64,000 nucleotides of DNA from Patescibacteria group bacterium. GTDB lineage: Bacteria > Patescibacteriota > Microgenomatia > JAMCZE01. The stretch's first letter is position 1, and every line of letters starts with the position of its first letter. Under the pieces are notes generated by a model that was not told the DNA's origin, searched no databases, and saw only the letters and a program-made list of their open reading frames with translations. The translations under genes were made by a program, and so were the position numbers. The stretch lies in NCBI GenBank assembly GCA_023380635.1, contig JAMCRP010000001.1, positions 109,305 to 173,304 on the forward strand, written 5' to 3'. Shown here in pieces: positions 40,549 to 49,681 of this stretch.

Positions 40549-42088
40549 AAACGGAATCTTTATCAAATCCGGCGACCTTTTTTAAACCAATTTTCCAGGA
40601 GTTGGGCGCCACCACTAATTTTATCCCCTTCCCCTTCAAAAAACTAATCGTTTCGGCGGAAGGAAAATCTTTTTGTAGCCATTTAACGCTTTCTTCCCAT
40701 TCCTTCGGAGAAAAGCCGGAATAGCCGTTATACATCGGGTGCCAATGAATTGTAGAATAATATTCCCGCAGAGTTTCCGTTTCTACGCCCGGCTGGTCCC
40801 ACCAGCCGTAAATGGGAAACTGAACAATTGGGGCTCCGGGGAAATTATCTTTTAGCCAACTCTGCTCCGGCGGAAAGTTCTTAACGGAAGGGACCTGGAC
40901 ATATTTTAAGGGCCAACTTATTTCCAGGAGAATGCCTATGGTCCCCAAAACGCACACAGCCCATTTTGTTTTCTCTTTTAGCCTGCCAACCCATAGGCCA
41001 ATAACCATCGCAAATGCAAAGGCCATCAAAATTATCCACCGGGAGGGAGTTCTGATTCCTGCAAAACCGGGAACCAGGTAATAAAAAACCAGATAAGGCA
41101 AGGGAATTGCCGGAATCGGGCCAACATGAATTGTATTTCGAAAAACATGAAGACCCGGTCCCAGCGCTAAAATGAAAGAGCTCGCCGCTAAAATGACAAA
41201 CGTTTTTGTGTATTTTTGTTTCCACATTTTTCTCACCCCGATCATGGCTGCCACTGTCAATAGCATAAACACGCCGCCCAGGTATCCGGGTGTCAGATTG
41301 TCTTTAATGCCTATGTATTGACTTAGCCGGCTCACAGTCCCGATATTTAGCAGGTCCGGAACCTGGAAAGAAAAATTAATCGCGTCAGTAATCGGCCGCT
41401 GGTAGTGAAATTGCCTTGATACTAAATAGTAAGGCAGCAAAAATGGCGCCGTTATTAAAATTGCCAATAACAAAAACCCGGCTAATCTTAATTTATCCTT
41501 AAACCCGCTAATTCCCCAAATTCCCCAGATTACCCCTATCGCCAGCAAAAAATAGAAAAACATGACGGTCGTCAGTGCCGCGGCCAAAAACATCAAAATA
41601 AACAAGCGGTATCTTTTCTGAAGCATGAATAAGGTCGCCAGAACAACCGGCCAAAAATTAAACAACTGCAAATGCGGCATATAATTTAGATGGATTATGG
41701 AGAAGGAAAAGAGAACTCCAATCAGAAAGGCCACCGGCTTATTTTTTGTTAGATAGTCCAACAATAAATACAGAGAAAAACCCGTCAAAGCAAAACCAAG
41801 AAGAAAATTAATGTTGTAAGCTAAAAGCGGTTCGCCGAAAATTTTGACAAACGGCAGGGCAATCAAGGCTTCGGGGAAGAGCAAATCAGAAAAAGCAAGA
41901 GTATTAATATAGGGATAAAAAATATTAGTGTTGTAACTAAAACTACGAACGTTCCAGTTCAGAATCCAAGTAATCAAAAGTCCGTCAATACGGTCAATAA
42001 TGTTAATATTCATGTGCAAAATGAGCGGCCAGGTAACCCAAATTGTCAGCAACGAAAAGAGTCCAAGAACCAGTAAGTTCTTTCGCAT
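40535..42088 (-). CDS. GT-C-like integral membrane protein
   Basis: Multi-TM; NIFYPY..TLAFSD, RTPSRW, NGYSG. Start moved to MRKN at 42088. Confidence 0.7.
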   Translation of the reverse strand: MRKNLLVLGLFSLLTIWVTWPLILHMNINIIDRIDGLLITWILNWNVRSFSYNTNIFYPYINTLAFSDLLFPEALIALPFVKIFGEPLLAYNINFLLGFALTGFSLYLLLDYLTKNKPVAFLIGVLFSFSIIHLNYMPHLQLFNFWPVVLATLFMLQKRYRLFILMFLAAALTTVMFFYFLLAIGVIWGIWGISGFKDKLRLAGFLLLAILITAPFLLPYYLVSRQFHYQRPITDAINFSFQVPDLLNIGTVSRLSQYIGIKDNLTPGYLGGVFMLLTVAAMIGVRKMWKQKYTKTFVILAASSFILALGPGLHVFRNTIHVGPIPAIPLPYLVFYYLVPGFAGIRTPSRWIILMAFAFAMVIGLWVGRLKEKTKWAVCVLGTIGILLEISWPLKYVQVPSVKNFPPEQSWLKDNFPGAPIVQFPIYGWWDQPGVETETLREYYSTIHWHPMYNGYSGFSPKEWEESVKWLQKDFPSAETISFLKGKGIKLVVAPNSWKIGLKKVAGFDKDSVYEIL

Positions 42089-42096
42089 TTGATTAG

Positions 42097-42804
42097 TTAT
42101 CGTACTTCCCTGGCTACTCTGATAGCCATAAACCCGAGGGCCAGCGGCCAAAAAATAGGGGCCACCCATTTACGGATAAACAGAAAATTACTCTTTAGAT
42201 TTTGCCGTATTTTAAACTGATCACGAGTAAACCGGTGTTCCGAAATGTTATGCTCTACTATTATATTAGGATCTACAGCTACTTTAAGACCTGCCGCTTT
42301 CGCCCGTAAACAAAAGTCCGCGTCTTCGAAATAAAGAAAAAAGCGCTCGTCAAAAAATCCGATCTTTTCAAAAACCCCTTTTTTCACCACCATGCATGCC
42401 CCCGATACATATTCGATATTTTTTTTCAAACCCCTCACTTCCCCCATATCCCCAACTTCTGTGTGGGTAGTTCTTCCCAAAACCCAATTCACTTTTCCTC
42501 CCATGTCATAAACCCATTTCCCTTTGCGCCTAAACCTCAACACTGGGCTGACAATATCCGAATCCGCGTCAATCCGCTCCAAATCCGCGGAAATCTTAAC
42601 GTCAGGATTCACTAGGAGTACTCTCTCTGCTCCCCGCTTCAGCGCCACCTTTATCCCCTTGTTTACCCCTCCCGCAAATCCAATGTTGTCCTCAGTATTA
42701 TCTACAACCACCACCCCCAAATCCCCCACAGCCCTCAACTCCCCCGCCAGTTTCCTGACTTTCTCATGGCTCTTGAAATCAACGATGACGGCGATGGTTT
42801 TCAT
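42097..42804 (-). CDS. GT2 glycosyltransferase
   Basis: NIGFAGGVN, LLVNPD, SGAC, FFLYFEDAD. Confidence 0.88.
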   Translation of the reverse strand: MKTIAVIVDFKSHEKVRKLAGELRAVGDLGVVVVDNTEDNIGFAGGVNKGIKVALKRGAERVLLVNPDVKISADLERIDADSDIVSPVLRFRRKGKWVYDMGGKVNWVLGRTTHTEVGDMGEVRGLKKNIEYVSGACMVVKKGVFEKIGFFDERFFLYFEDADFCLRAKAAGLKVAVDPNIIVEHNISEHRFTRDQFKIRQNLKSNFLFIRKWVAPIFWPLALGFMAIRVAREVR

Positions 42805-43918
42805 GCAAAACTTCTTTAAATACCTTTAAGATTCCGGCGGAATATTTTTTGACATCATAATTTTTTCTGGCGAAATTCAGGGATTTCTTACCTAAAATTC
42901 TCCTTTGCTGTTTGTTCTTAATCAGTCTTTCCAAAACCTCTTCAAATTGCTTGCGGTTCTCTACCAAAATCCCCCCTTCGCCAACTACCTCTCCCACACT
43001 ACCCTTGTTCAAAGCCACGACCGGCAAGCCGCAAGCCATGGCCTCTGTTAAAACAAACCCAAACTGTTCTAGCCAGGTTTTGGACCCGACGGGATAATGA
43101 ATGTAAATATCCGCTGAATTATAAATTTTGGGCATGTCTTCAAACTTCACTTTCTCTAGATGTGTTATCCCGGGAACATTAAGAAGACTCTCTAACGGCC
43201 CGCTGCCAACGACAGTAAATTCCAAAGCGGGAAACTCCTTGTGAAGCTTTTTGAAAGCGGCCACCATTTCTCTGATCCCCTTTTCTGGCACCAACCTACC
43301 TACCGTTAGCAGTCTTATTGGCTTCTTGCCTAATTCATGATTCATAATTCTTGATTCAACCTGCGGTCTAAAAATGCTCAAATCCACTCCCGGATTTAGT
43401 CTGACAATTTTTTTCGGATCCGCCCCCTCTTCAATTAACACATCTCTGGCCCGGTCAGTAACTGCAATAAACCGGTCCGTATTTTTAATCACATATTGTT
43501 TCAATCTTCGTCGCCCCCAGATTCCTTCATTATTAAAAGGAATATTCTCAAAAACTAATGAAATAACCTTTTTGACATAACCTAGATTCTTCGCCTTTAT
43601 ACACTGGTAGGAATAAAAGTAATAAGTCTCCGCACAAAATGCTATATCAAGATTTTTAAGCTTATTCTCTAGACCAAAAAGAACATGCGCATCTACAAAA
43701 ATTCTATTTAGAACAGCCATTTTCCCCCTATCTATGCGACCAAAGTTTAAATCAACAGGACACGGTAACTTAACAAAATCCATAAAAGATAAACTAGACA
43801 AGTCTGAAACTGGCATTAGTCCAGTAACCAGCTCTAACCTATTTCCCTTTTGCAGGTAGCGCATTCCTCCTAATTCAAAAGGGGAAGCAAAATCCCCTCG
43901 CACAATTGCAACTTTCAT
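42779..43918 (-). CDS. GT4 glycosyltransferase
   Basis: VGRLVPEKG, EQFGFVLTEAMACGLPVV. Confidence 0.9.
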   Translation of the reverse strand: MKVAIVRGDFASPFELGGMRYLQKGNRLELVTGLMPVSDLSSLSFMDFVKLPCPVDLNFGRIDRGKMAVLNRIFVDAHVLFGLENKLKNLDIAFCAETYYFYSYQCIKAKNLGYVKKVISLVFENIPFNNEGIWGRRRLKQYVIKNTDRFIAVTDRARDVLIEEGADPKKIVRLNPGVDLSIFRPQVESRIMNHELGKKPIRLLTVGRLVPEKGIREMVAAFKKLHKEFPALEFTVVGSGPLESLLNVPGITHLEKVKFEDMPKIYNSADIYIHYPVGSKTWLEQFGFVLTEAMACGLPVVALNKGSVGEVVGEGGILVENRKQFEEVLERLIKNKQQRRILGKKSLNFARKNYDVKKYSAGILKVFKEVLHENHRRHR

Positions 43919-44670
43919 AGATTTTGAAGCTCCCAGACTTTTATTTTTTCAACCAAATTATAAATCGCAAACAAAAAGCACACAATTATTCCAAAGTAAC
44001 CATCTAAAAAACCTTCTTGCAAAAAGAAAAGTTTAAAAAAGGTCTTTAGAGGTGAAAGTAAAACGTCTGTAATAGATACCTTATAGGGATAGAATTTAGC
44101 ATCTAGATCAGTATATTTGTTCGTCTTTTCTATGAATTCACCTATCGAAGTATAATTATAGTGATTATATGCACTACTCAAAAATCCAACTTCGCCACGA
44201 ACAAAAATCTGCTGGTGATATTTAAATGGGTCATAATGCCATTTCCCAGCACGTACAAGTCTTAGCTCATGAGAATCAGCCTTAACAAAACCATGAGAAA
44301 TTTGATGGCCAAACATGAAAATCTTATTCTTCAAATTAAAACCAGCATAATTACTTGTGTCTGCAAACAGCAGTTTTTTAATCTCACTTTGTAATCTCCG
44401 GGAAAGTACTTCATCCGAATCTAATTTTAGAATCCAATCTCCACTCGCTTTTTGCATACCAAATTTTCTATTTTTATCAAAGTTGCCATCTCTAGGAACT
44501 CTTTCGTAAACAATGGCATGAAACTTTTTCGCAATTCGAATTGTGTTATCCGTGGAACCCATATCCACGACAATTATTTCATCGGCCCACCTAATACTTG
44601 AAAGGCAATCTTCGAGTTTCGAACCACAGTTCAGTGTTGGAATTACAACTGATAGACGCAATTTTCTCAT
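43915..44670 (-). CDS. GT2 glycosyltransferase
   Basis: SVVIPTLN, VDMGSTD, LDSDE, GFLDG; AT-rich. Confidence 0.9.
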   Translation of the reverse strand: MRKLRLSVVIPTLNCGSKLEDCLSSIRWADEIIVVDMGSTDNTIRIAKKFHAIVYERVPRDGNFDKNRKFGMQKASGDWILKLDSDEVLSRRLQSEIKKLLFADTSNYAGFNLKNKIFMFGHQISHGFVKADSHELRLVRAGKWHYDPFKYHQQIFVRGEVGFLSSAYNHYNYTSIGEFIEKTNKYTDLDAKFYPYKVSITDVLLSPLKTFFKLFFLQEGFLDGYFGIIVCFLFAIYNLVEKIKVWELQNL

Positions 44671-44721
44671 TAAACAATTTACATATTGACAAACATAAAT
44701 AACAATTTTACGATTAGTTAA

Positions 44722-47460
44722 TTGAAAAGATTATACCTTTTTATCTTTTCGTTTATCTTCCTTACCTCAATACTATTAACGCTCCCGCCGAGTGCATTAG
44801 CTATCACCCTTCAATGGAAATCAGTTTATAGTTCTACAGACGAAAGTACAGAAATTAAGTTTTCGGATCAGAACACAAATAAGGTATTTAGTTCAATAAG
44901 GAAACATAACCCAAGCAGTTACGATATATTAAAATCCGTTAACGGTGGATTAAATTGGTCAAGTGTTAAAAATAACCTCCCTTCGGGGCAAGATATCAAT
45001 TGGATTGCCATTAAACATTCTGATGATGATGTCATCGCAATTAGTTTATGGGGATCAGGAATACATTTAACCGAGAATGGTGGCAATTCGTGGACAAAAA
45101 TATACGACGCGTCTTCTCCCAGAGCAACTGGCATAGATCCAATATCTTCAAATCGCATTTTCGTAGGAATTAGTGATAACGCGCCAGGTTTGTATAGAAC
45201 ATTAAATAAAGGCGCCTCCTGGACTAATTCAAACCTCGGCAATGCAAACAGTGTCGATATTATTACTGATCCAAACAACCAGAATCGCATATTTGCCAGC
45301 GTTGGGAATACATTATATCGTTCACTCGATGGAGGAGATAATTGGTTAGCATTGCCACTAAACGGTGGGTTTACTGGTGGCCTAATTGATAAACTTGTAT
45401 CAGACAGAATTTATATTTCAACGGATAATGGTTTTTATAAATCTAACGACGGAGGAAACTCTTGGTCAAAAAAGACTGTAACTACTGGTTCACAATTTAT
45501 TTTCAGAGTTGCTCAAGATCAAAATGGATATTTATATGCATCTGTTAGAGAGGCTCCCTATAGTGTTTGGAGAAGCAAAGATTTTGGGGAAACTTGGGAA
45601 AATGTTGGCGATCCGGCTTGGGGGTCGAGAAACACTTGGGGGCTGGACGCCGCCGGGCAAAGAGTGATTGTCAGTGTTGAAGGCTTGGGCATCTATTACG
45701 CCGACACCGTTCCCAGCGAGTCGGATCCTGTCGTTTTTATCCCAGGTTTTGGAGGATCGTGGTCCTACAAAGGAATCGTGGAGAACCAGCCGACGACATA
45801 TGCTGATTGGCAGTTAATGCCGGTGTTCACGGATTCGTATTATCAGCCGCTCCTTTCCACTTTGAAAAATGCCGGGCTAACCAACTCGGGCGCAAACCAA
45901 AATCTGTTCACATTTTCCTATGATTTTCGCAAAACCATTACGGATAACGCGGCCAGCTTGAATACTTTTCTCGCCAATGAAGTTCAGCCAAAAAATCCGG
46001 GCAAGAAAGTCAATGTTATCGCTCACAGTATGGGAAGCCTAGTCGTGCGAGATTGCTATGAAAAAGACACCGGCTGTTCAGACAAAATCGGGAAAATTGT
46101 GACGGCAGGCGGGCCGCACCTGGGCACCATCAAAGCCTACCAACTTTGGGAAGGCGGCCAGGCAGATGTTGATCTGGGAACAAAAATAGCCATGGAGCTG
46201 GTGCTGCATACTACCGGCCTGCCTTATCTTTCTGATAAAGACATTATTCAAAACAAAATGCCCGGCGTCCGGGATCTTCTGCCGGTTTTTGATTACATTT
46301 CCGGAAAACCCTATTCTTCACTAAGCTCCGTGGCCAGAAATCCCAATTTGGAAGCCCTCTTTCCGCTCTCGACCAATTTTAAAAACAGCCTGACACCGCT
46401 TTCTGGCAATAACCAACAAACCCCGTCAGGCTTTACAACTGCGTCTAGAAATGCCCTGGATATTGCTTTAAATCTCTGGCCCGACGGCAAGCCTGCAAGC
46501 TATACAAATGCAGTCGGCGATGGAACAATCCTTAAAACCAGTTCCGAAATTGCCGGCTTGGCCGCCAATAAATATTACGACTTGAGTCATAATGATTATT
46601 TTCAAAACACCGCTCCTCTAACAGATATTCTTCATGCTTTTGATCTGACCGGAAGTATTGCCACAACCGTAACTGAACCCACATCATATCTTTCTTTTAT
46701 TATCCATTCCCCCGCCACAATTGAAATTAAGAATAAAGACGGGAGTCCGGTGGGGAAAAACCTTGACGGAAAAGCAGTTTTTATCGCGGATCCAGTAGCA
46801 CAAAGCTACCAGGTGATTATTAGTGGTACCGGCAATGGCAATTTTCAGCTGGATGCTTTCTATATCAATAACACCCAAACAATTAAACGAACATTCAGCG
46901 GAAGCATAACTTCGGGTGCAACAAAAACCACAGTGTTTAATTTTTCTTCTGACCCCGGGCAAAGTTTTTCTGAAACCAATGGAGCGGTTACCTTAACTTC
47001 GTTCCGCCAAAAAGTCGCTGCTACCAACTTGCGAAACCTAAAGATTATTGAAGCCACTGTAGTGGCCGCAGTCAACGATATTCAAAACAACCGCAACCGG
47101 AAGGCAGCCTTTACCCGGCTGGAAAAAGCTAATCTGGACACTATCGGGTTATTAGCGACGGACAACAATGGTGTTAATCGCCAAAATCTGCGGGAACTTT
47201 CGGAGCAATTGATTTTTGTTACTAACGCTCTTAACCAACAATACCGCTTAAACCCCCCAGGCCCCACAACCAACTCAGAAATTTCTCGAAGCCAAAGTTC
47301 AGTTAACCGGAAACTGGCCAAAAGCAAATTGACCAACCGCGAGGCCAGTAATCTTTTGCTTTCGCAAAGCCTTCTGGCCGACTCTAACGCCTTAAAAAAT
47401 TCCGGAAAAAACTATCTGGCTATCCTCTTCGCCCGCGGAGCCAATCTTCTGTCAAACTAA
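44722..47460 (+). CDS. Secreted BNR/Asp-box beta-propeller fused to a lipase-like alpha/beta hydrolase
   Basis: Signal peptide; repeated SxDGGxxW boxes; FIPGFGGS, YDFR, AHSMG, GDGTI, SH. Promoter TTGACA-17-TACGAT-7-TTG. Confidence 0.82.
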   Translation: MKRLYLFIFSFIFLTSILLTLPPSALAITLQWKSVYSSTDESTEIKFSDQNTNKVFSSIRKHNPSSYDILKSVNGGLNWSSVKNNLPSGQDINWIAIKHSDDDVIAISLWGSGIHLTENGGNSWTKIYDASSPRATGIDPISSNRIFVGISDNAPGLYRTLNKGASWTNSNLGNANSVDIITDPNNQNRIFASVGNTLYRSLDGGDNWLALPLNGGFTGGLIDKLVSDRIYISTDNGFYKSNDGGNSWSKKTVTTGSQFIFRVAQDQNGYLYASVREAPYSVWRSKDFGETWENVGDPAWGSRNTWGLDAAGQRVIVSVEGLGIYYADTVPSESDPVVFIPGFGGSWSYKGIVENQPTTYADWQLMPVFTDSYYQPLLSTLKNAGLTNSGANQNLFTFSYDFRKTITDNAASLNTFLANEVQPKNPGKKVNVIAHSMGSLVVRDCYEKDTGCSDKIGKIVTAGGPHLGTIKAYQLWEGGQADVDLGTKIAMELVLHTTGLPYLSDKDIIQNKMPGVRDLLPVFDYISGKPYSSLSSVARNPNLEALFPLSTNFKNSLTPLSGNNQQTPSGFTTASRNALDIALNLWPDGKPASYTNAVGDGTILKTSSEIAGLAANKYYDLSHNDYFQNTAPLTDILHAFDLTGSIATTVTEPTSYLSFIIHSPATIEIKNKDGSPVGKNLDGKAVFIADPVAQSYQVIISGTGNGNFQLDAFYINNTQTIKRTFSGSITSGATKTTVFNFSSDPGQSFSETNGAVTLTSFRQKVAATNLRNLKIIEATVVAAVNDIQNNRNRKAAFTRLEKANLDTIGLLATDNNGVNRQNLRELSEQLIFVTNALNQQYRLNPPGPTTNSEISRSQSSVNRKLAKSKLTNREASNLLLSQSLLADSNALKNSGKNYLAILFARGANLLSN

Positions 47461-47822
47461 TAGCGGATTGTTCTTTTAGGAAAATATCCTTTTCTAACAT
47501 TTGGAATCTTCGAGGATTCCCGATCTTTAATTCTTTTGGGATAAACAAGTTTGACTTCGTGTCTGCCCTTGGGATTGAATTTATAGCCTTCGACTGGTTC
47601 CTGGCTTCCGTCATCCCTGAGATGATAAATCGTCCCCGCGACTCCATCCTTCCTAAGTTCCAGCAGTTGTTGGCCCCAGAAAGGCAAAAGCTGGGAAATT
47701 GTTTCATTGGAAGTAACATATAGTCTGATAGTGGAGCGATCACTATAAAAAGTGATATCCCCAGAAAAAAGAGTATTGACTAGCTTTCCGTCAAGGCCAA
47801 CAATGGTTGCTTCAGGACACAT
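47457..47822 (-). CDS. Hypothetical protein
   Basis: ORF preceded by TGtTAAGAT-6-ATG. Confidence 0.55.
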   Translation of the reverse strand: MCPEATIVGLDGKLVNTLFSGDITFYSDRSTIRLYVTSNETISQLLPFWGQQLLELRKDGVAGTIYHLRDDGSQEPVEGYKFNPKGRHEVKLVYPKRIKDRESSKIPNVRKGYFPKRTIRY

Positions 47823-47893
47823 GACAGAATCTTAACACGCCTTTTTGCCTCTGTGAAGGCCCAAAGTGAAACCTGATATAATAACAAGATAAA

Positions 47894-47968
47894 GGACTCG
47901 TAGTTCACCAGCAGAACGCTCGATTCACATTCGAGAGGCAGGAGGGGCGGCACCTCCCGGGTCCACCA
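47894..47968 (+). tRNA. tRNA-Val(CAC), non-canonical D- and T-loops
   Basis: All four stems pair; CTCGA-TTCACAT-TCGAG; ends ACCA; T-loop GGCGGCA, D-loop ACCAGCA. Confidence 0.85.
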
Positions 47969-48014
47969 AATAAATCTATTGTTTATTTCTTCAAAACCCG
48001 ATAAACTTATTTCT

Positions 48015-48602
48015 GTGTTCGAAAGTTTAAAAAGCCTGTTTGGGGTTCTCTGGGAATTCGTCGAAGCGGTCGTGTTCGCTTTGATGATTTTCTTTGTCTG
48101 CTATTTATTATTGTTCCAGCCTAATCAGGTCAAAGGCCACTCCATGGAACCCACTTTCCATGACGGCGAATATATTTTGACAGACAAAATTTCCTACCGT
48201 CTTGGTTTTCCGCAGCGCGGCGATGTCATTGTCTTCAAGTCGCCGAAAAACGCCGATGTCGATTTCATTAAACGGATTATTGGCCTGCCGGGGGAAAACC
48301 TGAAAATTTCCGGCGGAAAAGTTTATATTAACGGCACCCTTCTGGACGAAAGCGCCTATCTGGACCCGTCAGTTTATACCGGGCCGGAAAGCTATTTGGC
48401 TGAAAATAAGGAAATCGTTATTCCTTCCGGCTATTATTTTGTCATGGGCGACAACCGGATGCAGTCTTCTGACTCCCGGGATTTCGGACCTGTTCTGCCC
48501 AGCGAATTTATCGGAAAAGTTTTCTGGAGATACTGGCCGATTAATCGTTTTGGAAGAATTGCCGGGGTTAATTACTCCGCGCTGCCGACTTCTACCGAGT
48601 AG
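48015..48602 (+). CDS. lepB: Signal peptidase I
   Basis: GHSMEPT serine, FIKRIIGLPG lysine, GDNR..S.DSR. GTG start at 48015 preferred. Confidence 0.95.
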   Translation: MFESLKSLFGVLWEFVEAVVFALMIFFVCYLLLFQPNQVKGHSMEPTFHDGEYILTDKISYRLGFPQRGDVIVFKSPKNADVDFIKRIIGLPGENLKISGGKVYINGTLLDESAYLDPSVYTGPESYLAENKEIVIPSGYYFVMGDNRMQSSDSRDFGPVLPSEFIGKVFWRYWPINRFGRIAGVNYSALPTSTE

Positions 48603-49429
48603 CTTTCTCCGTCAACCGGGAAAGCTTTTTCCAGAGCGTCATCTACTTTGCGCATGACATCGGAGCTCTTGTCCAAACCCGCCTTAACTACGATCATAAA
48701 CCGCAACTCCCGCATTGACTGAGTTACTTTGACTTTGCCACCCAGGCGGGCACTTAAACGGTTTTCAATCAGAGTAATTTCGTCGCTATGCACCCTCTCG
48801 GTTTCTGAAGCGGGTTTTACTCCGGCTTTGGCTTTATATTGGCGGGAAAGTTCTTCCGCCCGGCGGACCGACCCGCCTTCCCGCAGAATTTGGCGCAGAG
48901 CCTCCACCATCTGGTTGGGATCTTCAATTCCTGCCAGTGCCCGGATATGGCCTTCAGTGACAATTCCGGAAAGCAGAGCATCTTTTAGGGCGTCGGGAAG
49001 CGTCAGTAGCCTTAGGGAATTACTGACATAAGCCTGGGATTTGCCGATTCGCTGCGCAATTTCGGCCGTTCCCAGTCCAAATTCATCCATCATCCTCTTG
49101 AAACCCTGAGCCCGTTCCAACGGGTTAAGATCTACCCGCTGAACATTTTCCACCAGGGCCATTTCCAACATGCCCCGATGGGAAGTTTTCTTAATAATAC
49201 AGGGAACCTGGGTTAAACCGATAATTTTCGAGGCCCGCCAGCGTCGCTCTCCGGCAATAATCTGGTATCCGGCCGGGGTTTCGGCCACTACAATCGGCTC
49301 TAAAATGCCGTGTTCTCTAATGGAGTCAATCAGGTCAACCAACGATTCCGGAGTAATCAAGCCGCGGGGTTGCAGGGGATTAGGTTGCAGGACATTTATG
49401 TCCAAATGGGTAATTTGCTCGTCAGCCAT
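48572..49429 (-). CDS. parB: ParB/Spo0J partition protein
   Basis: PNPLQPR, IIAGERRWRA, ENVQR, HTH. Confidence 0.93.
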   Translation of the reverse strand: MADEQITHLDINVLQPNPLQPRGLITPESLVDLIDSIREHGILEPIVVAETPAGYQIIAGERRWRASKIIGLTQVPCIIKKTSHRGMLEMALVENVQRVDLNPLERAQGFKRMMDEFGLGTAEIAQRIGKSQAYVSNSLRLLTLPDALKDALLSGIVTEGHIRALAGIEDPNQMVEALRQILREGGSVRRAEELSRQYKAKAGVKPASETERVHSDEITLIENRLSARLGGKVKVTQSMRELRFMIVVKAGLDKSSDVMRKVDDALEKAFPVDGESYSVEVGSAE

Positions 49430-49435
49430 AATTTA

Positions 49436-49681
49436 TTAAATGACAGAAATGTATCGGTCGCCTCTTTTTTGCGAAAATTGCACGGTGCCGTCTTTAACGG
49501 CATAAAGGGTGTAGTCGCCGCCCATCCGCACGCCCAGGCCAGGATTAAACTGAGTGCCCCTTTGACGAACGATAATGTTTCCGGACAGAACCTTTTCCCC
49601 GGCAAAAATCTTGACTCCCAGGCTTTTGGCGATGGAGTCGCGGTTTCCTTTAGTAACGGCGCTTCCTTTAACGTGTGACAT
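49436..49681 (-). CDS. rpmA: 50S ribosomal protein L27
   Basis: NRDS..K.LGVK, GNIIVRQRGT, DYTLYA. Confidence 0.95.
   Translation of the reverse strand: MSHVKGSAVTKGNRDSIAKSLGVKIFAGEKVLSGNIIVRQRGTQFNPGLGVRMGGDYTLYAVKDGTVQFSQKRGDRYISVI

Noticed and set aside
48572-49429. parS site or parA next to parB
   Set aside because: No parS-like palindrome or parA noticed in the window; they may lie elsewhere.
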